This document shows, in pieces, positions 53,936 through 63,199 of a stretch of DNA of 64,000 nucleotides. The stretch lies in assembly GCA_023383795.1 (NCBI GenBank), contig JAHDYJ010000008.1:3582-67581 (forward strand). The letters are read 5' to 3'. Both the position numbers and the translations under genes were made by a program. Every line of letters begins with the position of its first letter. The first letter of the stretch is position 1. The DNA comes from Burkholderiales bacterium. GTDB lineage: Bacteria > Pseudomonadota > Gammaproteobacteria > Burkholderiales > SG8-39. A model generated the notes under the pieces. The model did not search any database. It was not told the origin of the DNA and worked only from the letters and a program-made list of their open reading frames with translations.

Positions 53936-53968
53936 GCGGTCGCGGGGGCCGCGCGCGCCGGCGCGCGG

Positions 53969-54736
53969 TCAGGCCGCGATCGCGGGCACGCTGTCGAGGT
54001 CCTGCGGCGGCTGGGTGAGGTCGAGGTTGCGGAATGCGACCTGCTCGTCGAGCAGCGGGAACTGGCGCGGATGCCCCACCAGGAACCCCTGGAAGTAGCG
54101 CACGCCGAGCGCATAGGCCCAGTCGAACTTCTCCTGGCTGTCGATGCCTTGCGCGACGGCACGGCAGCCGAGCGAGGCCGCGAGCTGGATCAGCGCTCGC
54201 AGCGGCTCCTCGTCGAGCGCCTGGAATGCGGTCGAGATCGCCTTGCGGTCGAGCTTGACGAGCTTCGGGCGCAGGCGGCGGAGCACCGTCTCCTCGCAGC
54301 GCGGCATGCCGGGGGCGCAGTCGTCGAGCGCCACGCGCACGCGGCGTCCGGCGCATTCCTTCGCGAAGTCGAGCAGGGACCGCGGATCCTGCGGCACGAC
54401 CGAGTCGGTGATCTCGATGATCAGGCGCTTCGCGAGCGCGCCGAGATCGGTCAGCTCCCGCAGGTAGCGCGCGGCGTGCTGGGTCACCGTGATCGACGAC
54501 ACGTTCACGCTGACCGCGATCGAGGGGTGCAGCTGCCCGAGCGCGGCGACCGCCTGCTTCAGCACGGCCACGTCCACGGTGCCGATGTAGCCGGTGCCCT
54601 CCCAGCGTCGGATCGAGGCCTCGCGCGCTTCGGGCTTGTTCTCGCCGTCGCGGAAGCGCAGCAGCGCCTCGTACGCCACGATCTGCCCGCGCGCGCTCAT
54701 GATCGGCTGGAAGGCCGTGCGGATCAGCTTCTGCAT
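53969..54736 (-). CDS. Stand-alone EAL-domain protein with a substituted EGVE motif (QGID)
   Basis: The ATG at 54736 within track ORF 53969..54802 gives 255 aa. FQPI, YEALLR, VNVS, EITD, LDDC, KLD and FQGF are present, but the canonical AEGVE reads AQGID. Confidence 0.8.
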   Translation of the reverse strand: MQKLIRTAFQPIMSARGQIVAYEALLRFRDGENKPEAREASIRRWEGTGYIGTVDVAVLKQAVAALGQLHPSIAVSVNVSSITVTQHAARYLRELTDLGALAKRLIIEITDSVVPQDPRSLLDFAKECAGRRVRVALDDCAPGMPRCEETVLRRLRPKLVKLDRKAISTAFQALDEEPLRALIQLAASLGCRAVAQGIDSQEKFDWAYALGVRYFQGFLVGHPRQFPLLDEQVAFRNLDLTQPPQDLDSVPAIAA

Positions 54737-54932
54737 TGGATTCCCTGAGGTCCTGGCTCGTCGGATGCAAGACCAGTGCCAGTAAATCCCGATTCGGATC
54801 AAGGCCCTGCACGCCGGGGGGCGTAGGCATTCCGACGCCAGTGTCGGCCGCCGGTCAGCTCGTGACGCACGTCACGCGAGAAAAGGCGCACGGGGCGCAC
54901 GCGCCGTGCGCCCCGCGGCCGGAGTCGTCGCG

Positions 54933-55535
54933 CTACCAGGACACCTGGGCGAGCTTCGCCTTCTCGAGCCGGTAACCCCACGGCAGGTTCTGATTCTTCC
55001 ACCCGTTCACCATGCGGTGGCCCTTGTGCGGACCGGCCTTCGCCTTGTCGCCTTCGAAGCCGTCCACCACGGAGTAGACCCGTGCGTAGCCCGCTTTCGC
55101 GAGCAGGTCGACGGCCCGTGCGCTGCGGCTGCCGGAGCGGCAGATCACGATCACCACATCGGCCTTCGTGAGGCCTTTCGCGGCGAGTCGCTTCGTCAGC
55201 TCTTCTACGAACGCGGCGTTCTCGACCAGGCGGTAGGCGCCGGAGGCCTCGTCGAACTCGCCGAACTCGCTGAACTCCTTGAGCGGCACGATGGCGTCGA
55301 CGCTGCTCGGCACCCCCACGAACTGGGCTTCCGCACGGCTGCGCACGTCGACGAACAGGGTCTGCGCGCCCGATTCGGTCATGTGCGCGTGGGCTTCGGC
55401 CGCGGTCAGATACAAGCCTTGCGAGGTGCGCTTGCCCGTCGGCACGCTCGCCGGATCCATGGCCAGCGCCGCGTGCGAGAACGCGACCGCGACGAAGGTG
55501 GCGAAGCAGGCGATGCGGATCTTGGTGGTGCACAT
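54933..55535 (-). CDS. Periplasmic rhodanese-domain sulfurtransferase
   Basis: The ATG at 55535 within track ORF 54933..56774 gives 200 aa. Signal peptide, then the active-site loop CRSGSRS. Confidence 0.8.
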   Translation of the reverse strand: MCTTKIRIACFATFVAVAFSHAALAMDPASVPTGKRTSQGLYLTAAEAHAHMTESGAQTLFVDVRSRAEAQFVGVPSSVDAIVPLKEFSEFGEFDEASGAYRLVENAAFVEELTKRLAAKGLTKADVVIVICRSGSRSARAVDLLAKAGYARVYSVVDGFEGDKAKAGPHKGHRMVNGWKNQNLPWGYRLEKAKLAQVSW

Positions 55536-55717
55536 GGCTGTCTCTCTCCCTTTCCGGTCCGGCCGCAGACATTGCGTGCCTGGTGGAACGGACTGTACGC
55601 GGGAGGGACGCACGGTTCGGCGCCGTACGGCCGGCGCACACTGCGCCGCATGCACATTCCGGCCGTCGCGGCGCGCGCACGCGTGAACTGCTTCACGCCG
55701 GCCGCACGGTGCCCGCC

Positions 55718-56608
55718 CTACTCGCAGGCGTACTCGATCACGGTCGCCTCCGGGTCGCCAGTCCGGTGTCCGAGCGCGACGCGACCCCGGCCGCGCAGCA
55801 TCAGCTCCTCGCGGCGCAGCGTGACCTCGTTCCCGTCGGCGCCCTTCACGTGGGTGCCATTCGAGCTGTGATCGACGAGCACGAACTTGTCGCGCCGGCA
55901 CTCGATCGTCGCGTGCAGGCGCGAAGCCTTGCGGTCGCCGATCGCGATATCGCAGGCGACGTCGCGGCCGAGCGAGAGCCTGCGCCAGCCGCCGCCGTCC
56001 AGCCACAGCTCGCGGCTGCCGCAGACGAGGTGCAGGCGCGGCACGCGCGGTTCCGGGAAGTCCGTCCCGCGCATCGTGAGATCCTCGGCGTTCTGCCACA
56101 TGAGCTCGTGGATCCGGATCGGCTCGCGCTTGCCCTTGACGGCGACGCGGTCGAAACTGCGGATGCGGTCGCGAAGCGTCGCGCCGGCGAGCGCCGCAAC
56201 CTCGTCGGTCATGATGATCTGCCCCGCCTTCGCTATCCCGGCGATGCGCGCGGCGAGGTTCACCGCGTCGCCGTAGAGGTCGCCGCCGCTCTCGATCGTC
56301 GGGCCGACGTGGCAGCCGACGTGTATGCCGAGCGCTGGCCCGCCGAGCTCGCGCTGCTGCACGACGCGCTCCTGCATCACCTGCGCGGCGCGGAGCGCGA
56401 TGGCGCATTCGGCGAACGCGCACATCACCCCGTCGCCGGTCGTCTTGACCAGCCGGCCGCCGAAATCCTCGGTGATCGAGTGCAGGAGCGCGAAGCACCG
56501 GTTGACGCGCGCGAGCGCCTGCTCGTCGCCGAGCTCGGCGTACAGCTCGGTGCTGCCGCTGATGTCGACGAAGAGGACTGCGAGGGATTGCGACGATTCG
56601 CTCATCAT
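55718..56608 (-). CDS. Class III adenylate cyclase domain fused to a C-terminal FHA domain
   Basis: This is the last 296 aa of the 2747-aa track ORF (ATG at 56608). Cyclase motifs: LFVDISGST, KTTGDGVMCAF, YGDAVNLAARI. FHA motifs: LSLGRDVACDIAIGDRKASRLHATIECRRDKFVLVDHSSNGTHV. Confidence 0.9.
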   Translation of the reverse strand: MMSESSQSLAVLFVDISGSTELYAELGDEQALARVNRCFALLHSITEDFGGRLVKTTGDGVMCAFAECAIALRAAQVMQERVVQQRELGGPALGIHVGCHVGPTIESGGDLYGDAVNLAARIAGIAKAGQIIMTDEVAALAGATLRDRIRSFDRVAVKGKREPIRIHELMWQNAEDLTMRGTDFPEPRVPRLHLVCGSRELWLDGGGWRRLSLGRDVACDIAIGDRKASRLHATIECRRDKFVLVDHSSNGTHVKGADGNEVTLRREELMLRGRGRVALGHRTGDPEATVIEYACE

Positions 56609-56794
56609 GGCGCCGGGTACGGGACCGCCGGGCCGACGCGGGAAGAGTATAGGCCACCGCACGTCGCCGGGCGCTCGGCCGCCGCGAGGATCTTGCCCGG
56701 GCGCAAGCGCCCGCTCCCGGGCGCGCACGGCCTCGCCCGGCCGCGGTTCGGCTACCATGGCGCGGCGCAGGCATTTCATCGAAGGAGCGTCGAG

Positions 56795-57349
56795 ATGGAA
56801 GCTCGGACCTACAGTCGCGCGGCGCGCTTCTTGCACTGGCTGACCGTCGCGCTCGTCGCCGTGCAGCTCCCGGTCGGGATCTACATGTCCTATCGCGGCA
56901 ACGTCCTCGACGTCTGGGACGCGGTCACCGGCGGTCTCTACAACGGCCACAAGTTCCTCGGCGTGGCGATCCTGCTCGTCGTCCTCTGCCGGGTCGCCTA
57001 CCGACTCCTGCACGGCGCACCGCCGTCCGAGCCGACCATCGCCCGCTGGCAGGACGTCGCGAGCCGCCTCAACCACTGGGGCATGTACGCCCTGCTGATC
57101 TGCGTCCCCGTCGCGGGCTACGTCGGCATCTCGCTCTTCCCCGCGCTCGATATCTTCGGAGTCTTCTCGCTGCCCGGCGTGGTCGCGCCCGACAAGGAGG
57201 CCGCCAAGACCGCGTTCGCGATTCACGGGCTGCTCGCGTTCCTGCTCGTGCTGCTGGTCGCCGTGCACGTGGCGGCGGCGCTGTTTCACTACTTCGTGCG
57301 CAAGGACAACGTCCTCGGGCGCATGATCCCGCGCCTGCTCCGGCGCTAG
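56795..57349 (+). CDS. Cytochrome b561 family membrane protein
   Basis: The ATG at 56795 follows GAAGGAG. 184 aa with four TM segments and conserved His positions (FLHWLTV, NGHKFLG, LNHWGMY, AIHGLLA...HVAAALFH). Confidence 0.85.
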   Translation: MEARTYSRAARFLHWLTVALVAVQLPVGIYMSYRGNVLDVWDAVTGGLYNGHKFLGVAILLVVLCRVAYRLLHGAPPSEPTIARWQDVASRLNHWGMYALLICVPVAGYVGISLFPALDIFGVFSLPGVVAPDKEAAKTAFAIHGLLAFLLVLLVAVHVAAALFHYFVRKDNVLGRMIPRLLRR

Positions 57350-57500
57350 CAGGCCCCTCCCCACGAACATTGCGCCGCGCGCCGCGCGGCGCGCAGCCGC
57401 CGCGGCGGCCGACCGGCAAGGCCGATCCCCCTGCGCGCCGACGGGCGGTCGCCGGGAACGGCCCGGCGGACGCCCCACCTCGAGCCGCTGGTCCGCAACT

Positions 57501-57556
57501 TGCGTAGTTTTCTTCAAGTTCACATGAATTTCATGATATAAGTCATTGTTTTTTAG
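57501..57556 (+). promoter_or_regulatory. Strongly AT-rich island immediately upstream of tpsA2 with a sigma70-like TTCAAG-N18-TATAAG
   Basis: Read directly: tgcgtagttttcttcaagttcacatgaatttcatgatataagtcattgttttttag. The -35-like element is at 57513..57518 and the -10-like element at 57537..57542. It is the only stretch of this composition in the window. Confidence 0.45.
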
Positions 57557-60500
57557 ATGCGTAACGGCCGAGATTCGATGGAGATCTCGACACGGGTGAC
57601 GGCCTGCGGGACACGTCGGCGCATCGCGCAAGCGGTCCTGGTGGCGTTCGGCCTGTCGCAGGGCACGCCTGTCTCGGCGCTGCCGACCGGCGCCGAGGTC
57701 ACCGCCGGCACGGCAGCCGTGTCGAGCGCCGGCTCTGCGATGACGATCCATCAGTCGACGCCCAGGGCGGCGATCAACTGGCAGCAGTTCAACATCGGGC
57801 CCGGGGAGTCGGTGCAGTTCGTCCAGCCGGGCGCCGCGGCGATCGCGCTGAACCGCGTGCTCGGGCAGGACCCGACGGCAATCCTCGGGCGGCTCTCGGC
57901 GAACGGCCAGATCTTCCTGCTCAACCCGAACGGCGTGCTCTTCGGCCCCGGCGCGCAGGTCAACGTGGGCGGTATCGTGGCCTCCACGCTCGGCCTGTCC
58001 GACGCGGATTTCATGGCCGGTCGCTACCGCTTCTCGGGCCAGCGCGGCGCGGTGACGAACCGGGGCGCGATCGAGGCCGCCGAGGGCGGCTACGTCGTCC
58101 TGCTCGCGCCGCACGCCGCCAACGCAGGAACGATCTCCGCGCCGCTCGGCACGGCCGCGCTCGCCGCCGGCGAGCAGGTGACGCTCACGCTCGCCGACAA
58201 CCGGCTCCTCGCCGTGGCCGTCGACCGCGCGGCGGTCGGCGCGCTCGCCGAGAACCGGCAGCTCATCCGCGCCGACGGCGGCCAGGTGCTGCTCACGGCC
58301 AAGGCGCGCGACGCGCTGCTCGCCACGGTGGTCAACAACGAGGGCGTGATCGAAGCGCACAGCGCGAGCATAGCGAACGGCGTCGTCCGCCTCGAGGGCG
58401 GGGACGCCGGAGTGGTGTCGGTCGGCGGCACGATCGACGCCTCGGGGCGCGCGCCCGGCGCGACCGGCGGGACCATCGAGATCACCGGCGACAAGGTCGC
58501 GCTGCGCGCCGATGCGCGGATCGACGCCTCGGGCGCGGCGGGCGGCGGGACCGTGCTGGTCGGCGGCGACGTCCAGGGCGGCAATCCCGCCGTGCGCAAC
58601 GCCGATCGCACCTTCGTCGCGCACGGCGCATCGGTCGCGGCCGATGCGATCGCCGCCGGCGACGGCGGCAAGATCGTGGTCTGGGGGACGACGTCGGCGC
58701 AGGTTCACGGCTCGCTCACCGCCAACGGCGGCGCCGCGGGCGGCGACGGCGGCTTCGTCGAGACCTCGGGCAGACACCTCGACGTCGACGGCGCGCGCAT
58801 CGAGGCGGCGGCCCCGTACGGGCACGGCGGCACCTGGCTGCTCGACCCCTACAACCTGACGATCAGCGGCGCGGCCACCGCCGGCACCGACAACAATGCG
58901 AACGTCAACCCGGACTGGAACGCCACCGGCACGAGCGCGGTCGTGCAGGCGGGCCAGATCGCGGCCAAGCTGAACGCCGGCACCAGCGTGATCGTCACGA
59001 CCGGCGACGGCTCGGGCGCGCAGGACGGCGATCTGACGGTCGCCGCGAGCATCGCCAAGACCGCCGGTGGCGATGCCGCGCTGACGCTTCGCGCGCACGA
59101 TCAGATCACGCTCAACAACAACGTCTCGATTTCCTCGACCGCCGGCCGGCTCGACGTGACGCTGAACGCCGACAGCGACGGCGCGAACGGCGGCAGCATC
59201 ACGCTGAACAGCGGCTCGTCGATCCTCACCAATGGCGGCAGCGTCACGCTCGGCGGCGGCGCAAACCCGGCCGCCGCGCCCGCCTCGGGCGGCGCGACCT
59301 CGACCGCGTACGGCGTGCGGCTGAACAACGCGACGGTAGACTCGGCCGGCGGCGCGATCAGCATCCGCGGCGAAGGGCGCAGCGGCACGCCGAATACCGT
59401 GACCGCCCGGCACGGCGTGCTGATCGAGGGCGGCAGCCGCGTCGCGAGCGGCGGCGGCGCGGTGACGGTGGTCGGCCAGGGCGGCGTGGCGACCGGCGGC
59501 GCCGGCCGCGACACGAACTATGGCGTCTACGTGAACGGCGCGAGCAGCAGGATCGAGTCGGGCGCGGGCGCGCTCTCGGTCGCCGGCACCGGCGGCGGCA
59601 ACCGCAACAACAACTTCGGCGTCTACGTCAACGGCGCCGACGCGCGCCTGGTGTCGACGACCGGCGCCATCACGGTCACCGGCACGGGCGGCGCCGGGGC
59701 CGGCAACAACCGCGGCGTGTCCCTCAACGGCAACGGCGCGCGCATCGAGACCGCCGACGGCGCCATCACGGTCACCGGCCAGGGCGATGGCACCGGGGCG
59801 ACCAACTACGGCGTTCACCTCCAGAACGCCGCGCGCATCGAAGCGACCGGCGCCGGCACCGTGGCCGTGACCGGCACCGGCGGCAACGGAACCAACACGA
59901 ACTACGGCGTCTACCTGCAGAGCAACAACACGCGCGTCTCGACCACGACCGGCAGCGTGACATTGACCGGGCAGGCGCGGGGCCTGGGCACCAACAACAT
60001 CGGCGTACGGATGGACAACACCAGCGCCGTGCAGAGCGCCGACGGCGCGATCGTGGTGACCGGCACCGGCGGCGGCGGGACGAACGGCAACAACCGCAAC
60101 GCGCACGGCGTGTATCTCGCCGGCGGCAACGCGAAGATCGCCGCCACCGGCGCCGGCAGCATCACCCTTCAGGGCACCGGCGGCACCGCGGGAACCGGCA
60201 ACACGCGCTCCCACGGCGTCGTCATCACCGGCGCGAACACGCGCGTCGAGACCGCCGCGGGCGACATCGCGATCACCGGAGCCGCGGCGCAGACCGGCGG
60301 CGCCCAGAACTACGGCGTCTACGTGACCGGCGGCGATGCGCGCATCGCCTCCACGGGCGGCGACGTCGCGGTGACGGGCGCCGGCGGCACCGGCACCAAC
60401 GACAACTACGGGGTCTACGTCAACGGCAGCGGCGCGCGCGTGGCGAGCGTCGACGGCGACGTCACGGTCATCGGGTCGGGCGGCGGCACCGGCAACAACA

Positions 60501-63145
60501 ACTTCGGCGTGCGCCTGCAGGGTGCCGCGCGCGTCGAGGCGACCGGCGCCGGCACCGTGGCCGTGACCGGCACCGGCGGCAACGGAACCAACACGAACTA
60601 CGGCGTCTACCTGCAGACCAACGACACGCTCGTCTCGACCACGACCGGGAACCTCACGCTGACCGGGCAGGCGCAAGGCAGCGCGGCGAACAACATGGGC
60701 GTACGCATGGAGAACGCCAGCGCGCTGCAGACCGTCGACGGCGCGATCACGGTCTCCGGCACGGGCGCCGCGGGCACGACCGGGAACCACGGCGTGTATC
60801 TGCGCGGCGGCAATGTCAAGGCCGCCGCCACCGGCACCGGCTCGGTCTCGATCACCGGCGTCGCCGGCGCCGGCACGGACGACAACGTGGGCGTGCGGAT
60901 CGACCAGAACAACACTCGCGTCGAGACCGTCTCCGGCGACATCGTCGTGAGCGGCACCGGCAACGGGTCGGGCCTCCGCAACTACGGCGTCTATCTGCTC
61001 AACAACGGCACGCGCGCGACGTCGACCGCGGGCGACGTCGCCGTCGCCGGCACCGGCGGCGACGGCACGAACGACAACTACGGGGTCTACCTCACCGGCA
61101 CCGCGACGCGGTTCGCGAGCGGCTCGGGCGACACGAGCGTCACCGGCACCGGACGCGGCGGCGGCACGAACAACTACGGCGTGCGCCTGAACGCGGGCGC
61201 CCAGGTGACCTCGTCCGGGCCGGGCACCGGCGCGATCGCGCTCGCCGGGACCGGCGCGGGCGCCGCACCCGGCGTCATCACCACCGGCACCGGCACGCTG
61301 ATCGGCGAGGCGGGACATGCCGGCGACATCACGGTCAACGCGGACACGGCGACCGGTGCGGACAGCATCGTGCTCGCGGGGACGGCGCTGCGCGGCACCG
61401 GCCGGCTCTTTCTGCAGCCGATCGACCCGGCCGCGACGATCGGCGCAGCCGGCGGCGCCGGCGAGTTCAACCTGTCCGCGGCCGAGCTCGGCTTGGTCCA
61501 GAACGGTTTCGATGCGATCACCCTCGGACGCGCGAACGGAACCGGCGCCCTCACGACGGGCACCTACGCGTACAACGCGGATCTCACGCTGCGCGGCGCC
61601 ACGAGCAACATCTCGGTCGGGCAGACGACGATGCCCGCGCCGGGCGGCAACGACGCCGGCACGCTCACGCTCGACACCTCGGGCGCCGTGACGCAGAGCG
61701 GCCGCATCGCGGCGACGAACCTCGTCCTGCTCGGCGGCGGCGGCAGCCACACGCTCACGAACGCGGCGAATGCCGTCGGCACCCTCGCCGCGTCGACCGG
61801 CGCCGTGAACGTTCTCAATTCCGGCGCGCTCACGATCGGCACGGTCGGCGCCACCGCCGGCCTCTCCACGACCGGCGATGCGACGGTGGTGACCGCCGCC
61901 GGCGCGGGGAACGACATCACCCTTGCGAACGGGATCGCATCGGGCGGCGGTGACGTCGTCCTCGCGAGCGGCGAGGACATCCACTACGGGACGGCAACGA
62001 TCTCGGCCGGCGGGCGCTGGCTCACCTACTCGCGCAGCCCGGCGCAGAACACCGGAGCCGTGCCGGTGCCGGGCAACGCCAAGCCGAACCTGTACAACCG
62101 CACCTACGCGGCGAACCCGCCGCCGACCATCACGGCGCCCGGCAACCACAACATCTACAGCTATCAGCCGTCGCTCACCGTCACCGCCGACAACCAGGCG
62201 AAGCCCTACGGCGAGCCGGTCCCGGCGCTGACCGCGACGATCACCGGCTTCGTGAACGGCGACACCGCCGCCGATGCCTACAGCGGCGCGCCGGGGCTTG
62301 CCACCATCGCCACGGCGACGAGCTCGACCGCCGGCAATCCGTACCCCATCGCCGTCGCGCCGGGCACGCTCGCCTCGGACGTCGGCTATGCGTTCACCTT
62401 CGCGAACGGGCAGCTCACGGTCGTCCCGCGTCCCGTCACCGTCGCCGCCGACGCCGGCCAGGGCAAGGTCTACGGCGATCCGGATCCGCCGGCCTACGCC
62501 TACACCATCACCGGCGGCCCTGGCACGACCGGCAGCGCGATCGTGGCGGGCGACGTCGTGAACGGCGCCCTCGCGCGGGCCGGGGGCGAGAACGCCGGCG
62601 CCTACGCGATCACCCAGGGCACGCTCGCCGTCGCTCCGGCCATCGACTACGCCGTCACCTACGTCGGGCGCGACTTCACGGTCACGCCGGCGACGCTGAC
62701 CTACGTGGCCGATCCCGTGTCGGTGCCGGCGTTCGCGGCGCTGCCGGCTTTCACGGGGACCGTCACGGGCTTCAAGGGCGCCGACAACCTCGGCAACGCC
62801 ACGACCGGCACCGTCGCGTTCGCGAGCACCGTTCCGAACGCGTTCGTTCCGGGCGTCTACCCGATCTGGGGCGCGGGCCTGACCGCAAACAACGGCAACT
62901 ACGCCTTCGCGCAGGCGCCCGGTAACGCCACCGCGTTCGAAGTGGCCGCCGGCGCGCAGGGCGACGCGGCCGACCGCGCGCGGGCGCAGCGCATGGCGCG
63001 TTGCAGCGACGCCGATCTCGCCTACGCCGGCCCGGGGAGCGCGCTGCCGTGCACGCTTCCTCCGGACCGCGGCGAACCCCTGGCATCGCAGCAGCGACTG
63101 GTCATCGAGGATGACGGGATCCGGCTCCCGCAAGGGTTGCGCTAG
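57557..63145 (+). CDS. Large TpsA-type exoprotein: TPS domain, about 20 copies of a 32-aa Gly/Thr/Asn-rich repeat, three MBG-like modules
   Basis: 1862 aa. TPS motifs INWQQFNIGPGESVQF, ALNRVLGQDPTAILGRL and IFLLNPNGVLFG. The repeat is [NYG]GV[YR][LV]...G.[VI]T[VL]TG.GG. The C-terminal units begin TVTADNQAKPYGEP / VTVAADAGQGKVYGDP. An alternative start lies at 57578. Confidence 0.9.
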   Translation: MRNGRDSMEISTRVTACGTRRRIAQAVLVAFGLSQGTPVSALPTGAEVTAGTAAVSSAGSAMTIHQSTPRAAINWQQFNIGPGESVQFVQPGAAAIALNRVLGQDPTAILGRLSANGQIFLLNPNGVLFGPGAQVNVGGIVASTLGLSDADFMAGRYRFSGQRGAVTNRGAIEAAEGGYVVLLAPHAANAGTISAPLGTAALAAGEQVTLTLADNRLLAVAVDRAAVGALAENRQLIRADGGQVLLTAKARDALLATVVNNEGVIEAHSASIANGVVRLEGGDAGVVSVGGTIDASGRAPGATGGTIEITGDKVALRADARIDASGAAGGGTVLVGGDVQGGNPAVRNADRTFVAHGASVAADAIAAGDGGKIVVWGTTSAQVHGSLTANGGAAGGDGGFVETSGRHLDVDGARIEAAAPYGHGGTWLLDPYNLTISGAATAGTDNNANVNPDWNATGTSAVVQAGQIAAKLNAGTSVIVTTGDGSGAQDGDLTVAASIAKTAGGDAALTLRAHDQITLNNNVSISSTAGRLDVTLNADSDGANGGSITLNSGSSILTNGGSVTLGGGANPAAAPASGGATSTAYGVRLNNATVDSAGGAISIRGEGRSGTPNTVTARHGVLIEGGSRVASGGGAVTVVGQGGVATGGAGRDTNYGVYVNGASSRIESGAGALSVAGTGGGNRNNNFGVYVNGADARLVSTTGAITVTGTGGAGAGNNRGVSLNGNGARIETADGAITVTGQGDGTGATNYGVHLQNAARIEATGAGTVAVTGTGGNGTNTNYGVYLQSNNTRVSTTTGSVTLTGQARGLGTNNIGVRMDNTSAVQSADGAIVVTGTGGGGTNGNNRNAHGVYLAGGNAKIAATGAGSITLQGTGGTAGTGNTRSHGVVITGANTRVETAAGDIAITGAAAQTGGAQNYGVYVTGGDARIASTGGDVAVTGAGGTGTNDNYGVYVNGSGARVASVDGDVTVIGSGGGTGNNNFGVRLQGAARVEATGAGTVAVTGTGGNGTNTNYGVYLQTNDTLVSTTTGNLTLTGQAQGSAANNMGVRMENASALQTVDGAITVSGTGAAGTTGNHGVYLRGGNVKAAATGTGSVSITGVAGAGTDDNVGVRIDQNNTRVETVSGDIVVSGTGNGSGLRNYGVYLLNNGTRATSTAGDVAVAGTGGDGTNDNYGVYLTGTATRFASGSGDTSVTGTGRGGGTNNYGVRLNAGAQVTSSGPGTGAIALAGTGAGAAPGVITTGTGTLIGEAGHAGDITVNADTATGADSIVLAGTALRGTGRLFLQPIDPAATIGAAGGAGEFNLSAAELGLVQNGFDAITLGRANGTGALTTGTYAYNADLTLRGATSNISVGQTTMPAPGGNDAGTLTLDTSGAVTQSGRIAATNLVLLGGGGSHTLTNAANAVGTLAASTGAVNVLNSGALTIGTVGATAGLSTTGDATVVTAAGAGNDITLANGIASGGGDVVLASGEDIHYGTATISAGGRWLTYSRSPAQNTGAVPVPGNAKPNLYNRTYAANPPPTITAPGNHNIYSYQPSLTVTADNQAKPYGEPVPALTATITGFVNGDTAADAYSGAPGLATIATATSSTAGNPYPIAVAPGTLASDVGYAFTFANGQLTVVPRPVTVAADAGQGKVYGDPDPPAYAYTITGGPGTTGSAIVAGDVVNGALARAGGENAGAYAITQGTLAVAPAIDYAVTYVGRDFTVTPATLTYVADPVSVPAFAALPAFTGTVTGFKGADNLGNATTGTVAFASTVPNAFVPGVYPIWGAGLTANNGNYAFAQAPGNATAFEVAAGAQGDAADRARAQRMARCSDADLAYAGPGSALPCTLPPDRGEPLASQQRLVIEDDGIRLPQGLR
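59303..61252 (+). repeat. Intragenic tandem coding repeat, period about 96 nt (32 aa), about 20 units, inside tpsA2
   Basis: The [YFHM]GV anchor recurs at aa 585, 620, 655, 687, 720, 751, 783, 815, 850, 886, 919, 951, 983, 1015, 1047, 1079, 1111, 1143, 1175 and 1207. A 79-nt exact duplicate is at 59843..59921 and 60539..60617. Confidence 0.85.
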
Positions 63146-63199
63146 CGCGAACGGCGACCGCGACGGGCCGAGGCCTGCGCGCACCATCAAGAAGAAGAA

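Noticed and set aside
53949-53968. GC palindrome CCGCGCGC-GCCG-GCGCGCGG between the convergent SDR and EAL genes. A similar one follows cytochrome b561 near 57380
   Set aside because: These are possible bidirectional terminator hairpins, but they lack any U-tract, and such GC palindromes arise easily at this base composition. Not reported as terminators.
59303-61252. Regular repeat periodicity that could be mistaken for a CRISPR array or satellite
   Set aside because: The period of about 96 nt is in frame, the units are degenerate at the DNA level, and there is no repeat/spacer alternation. It is a protein-coding beta-helix repeat inside tpsA2.
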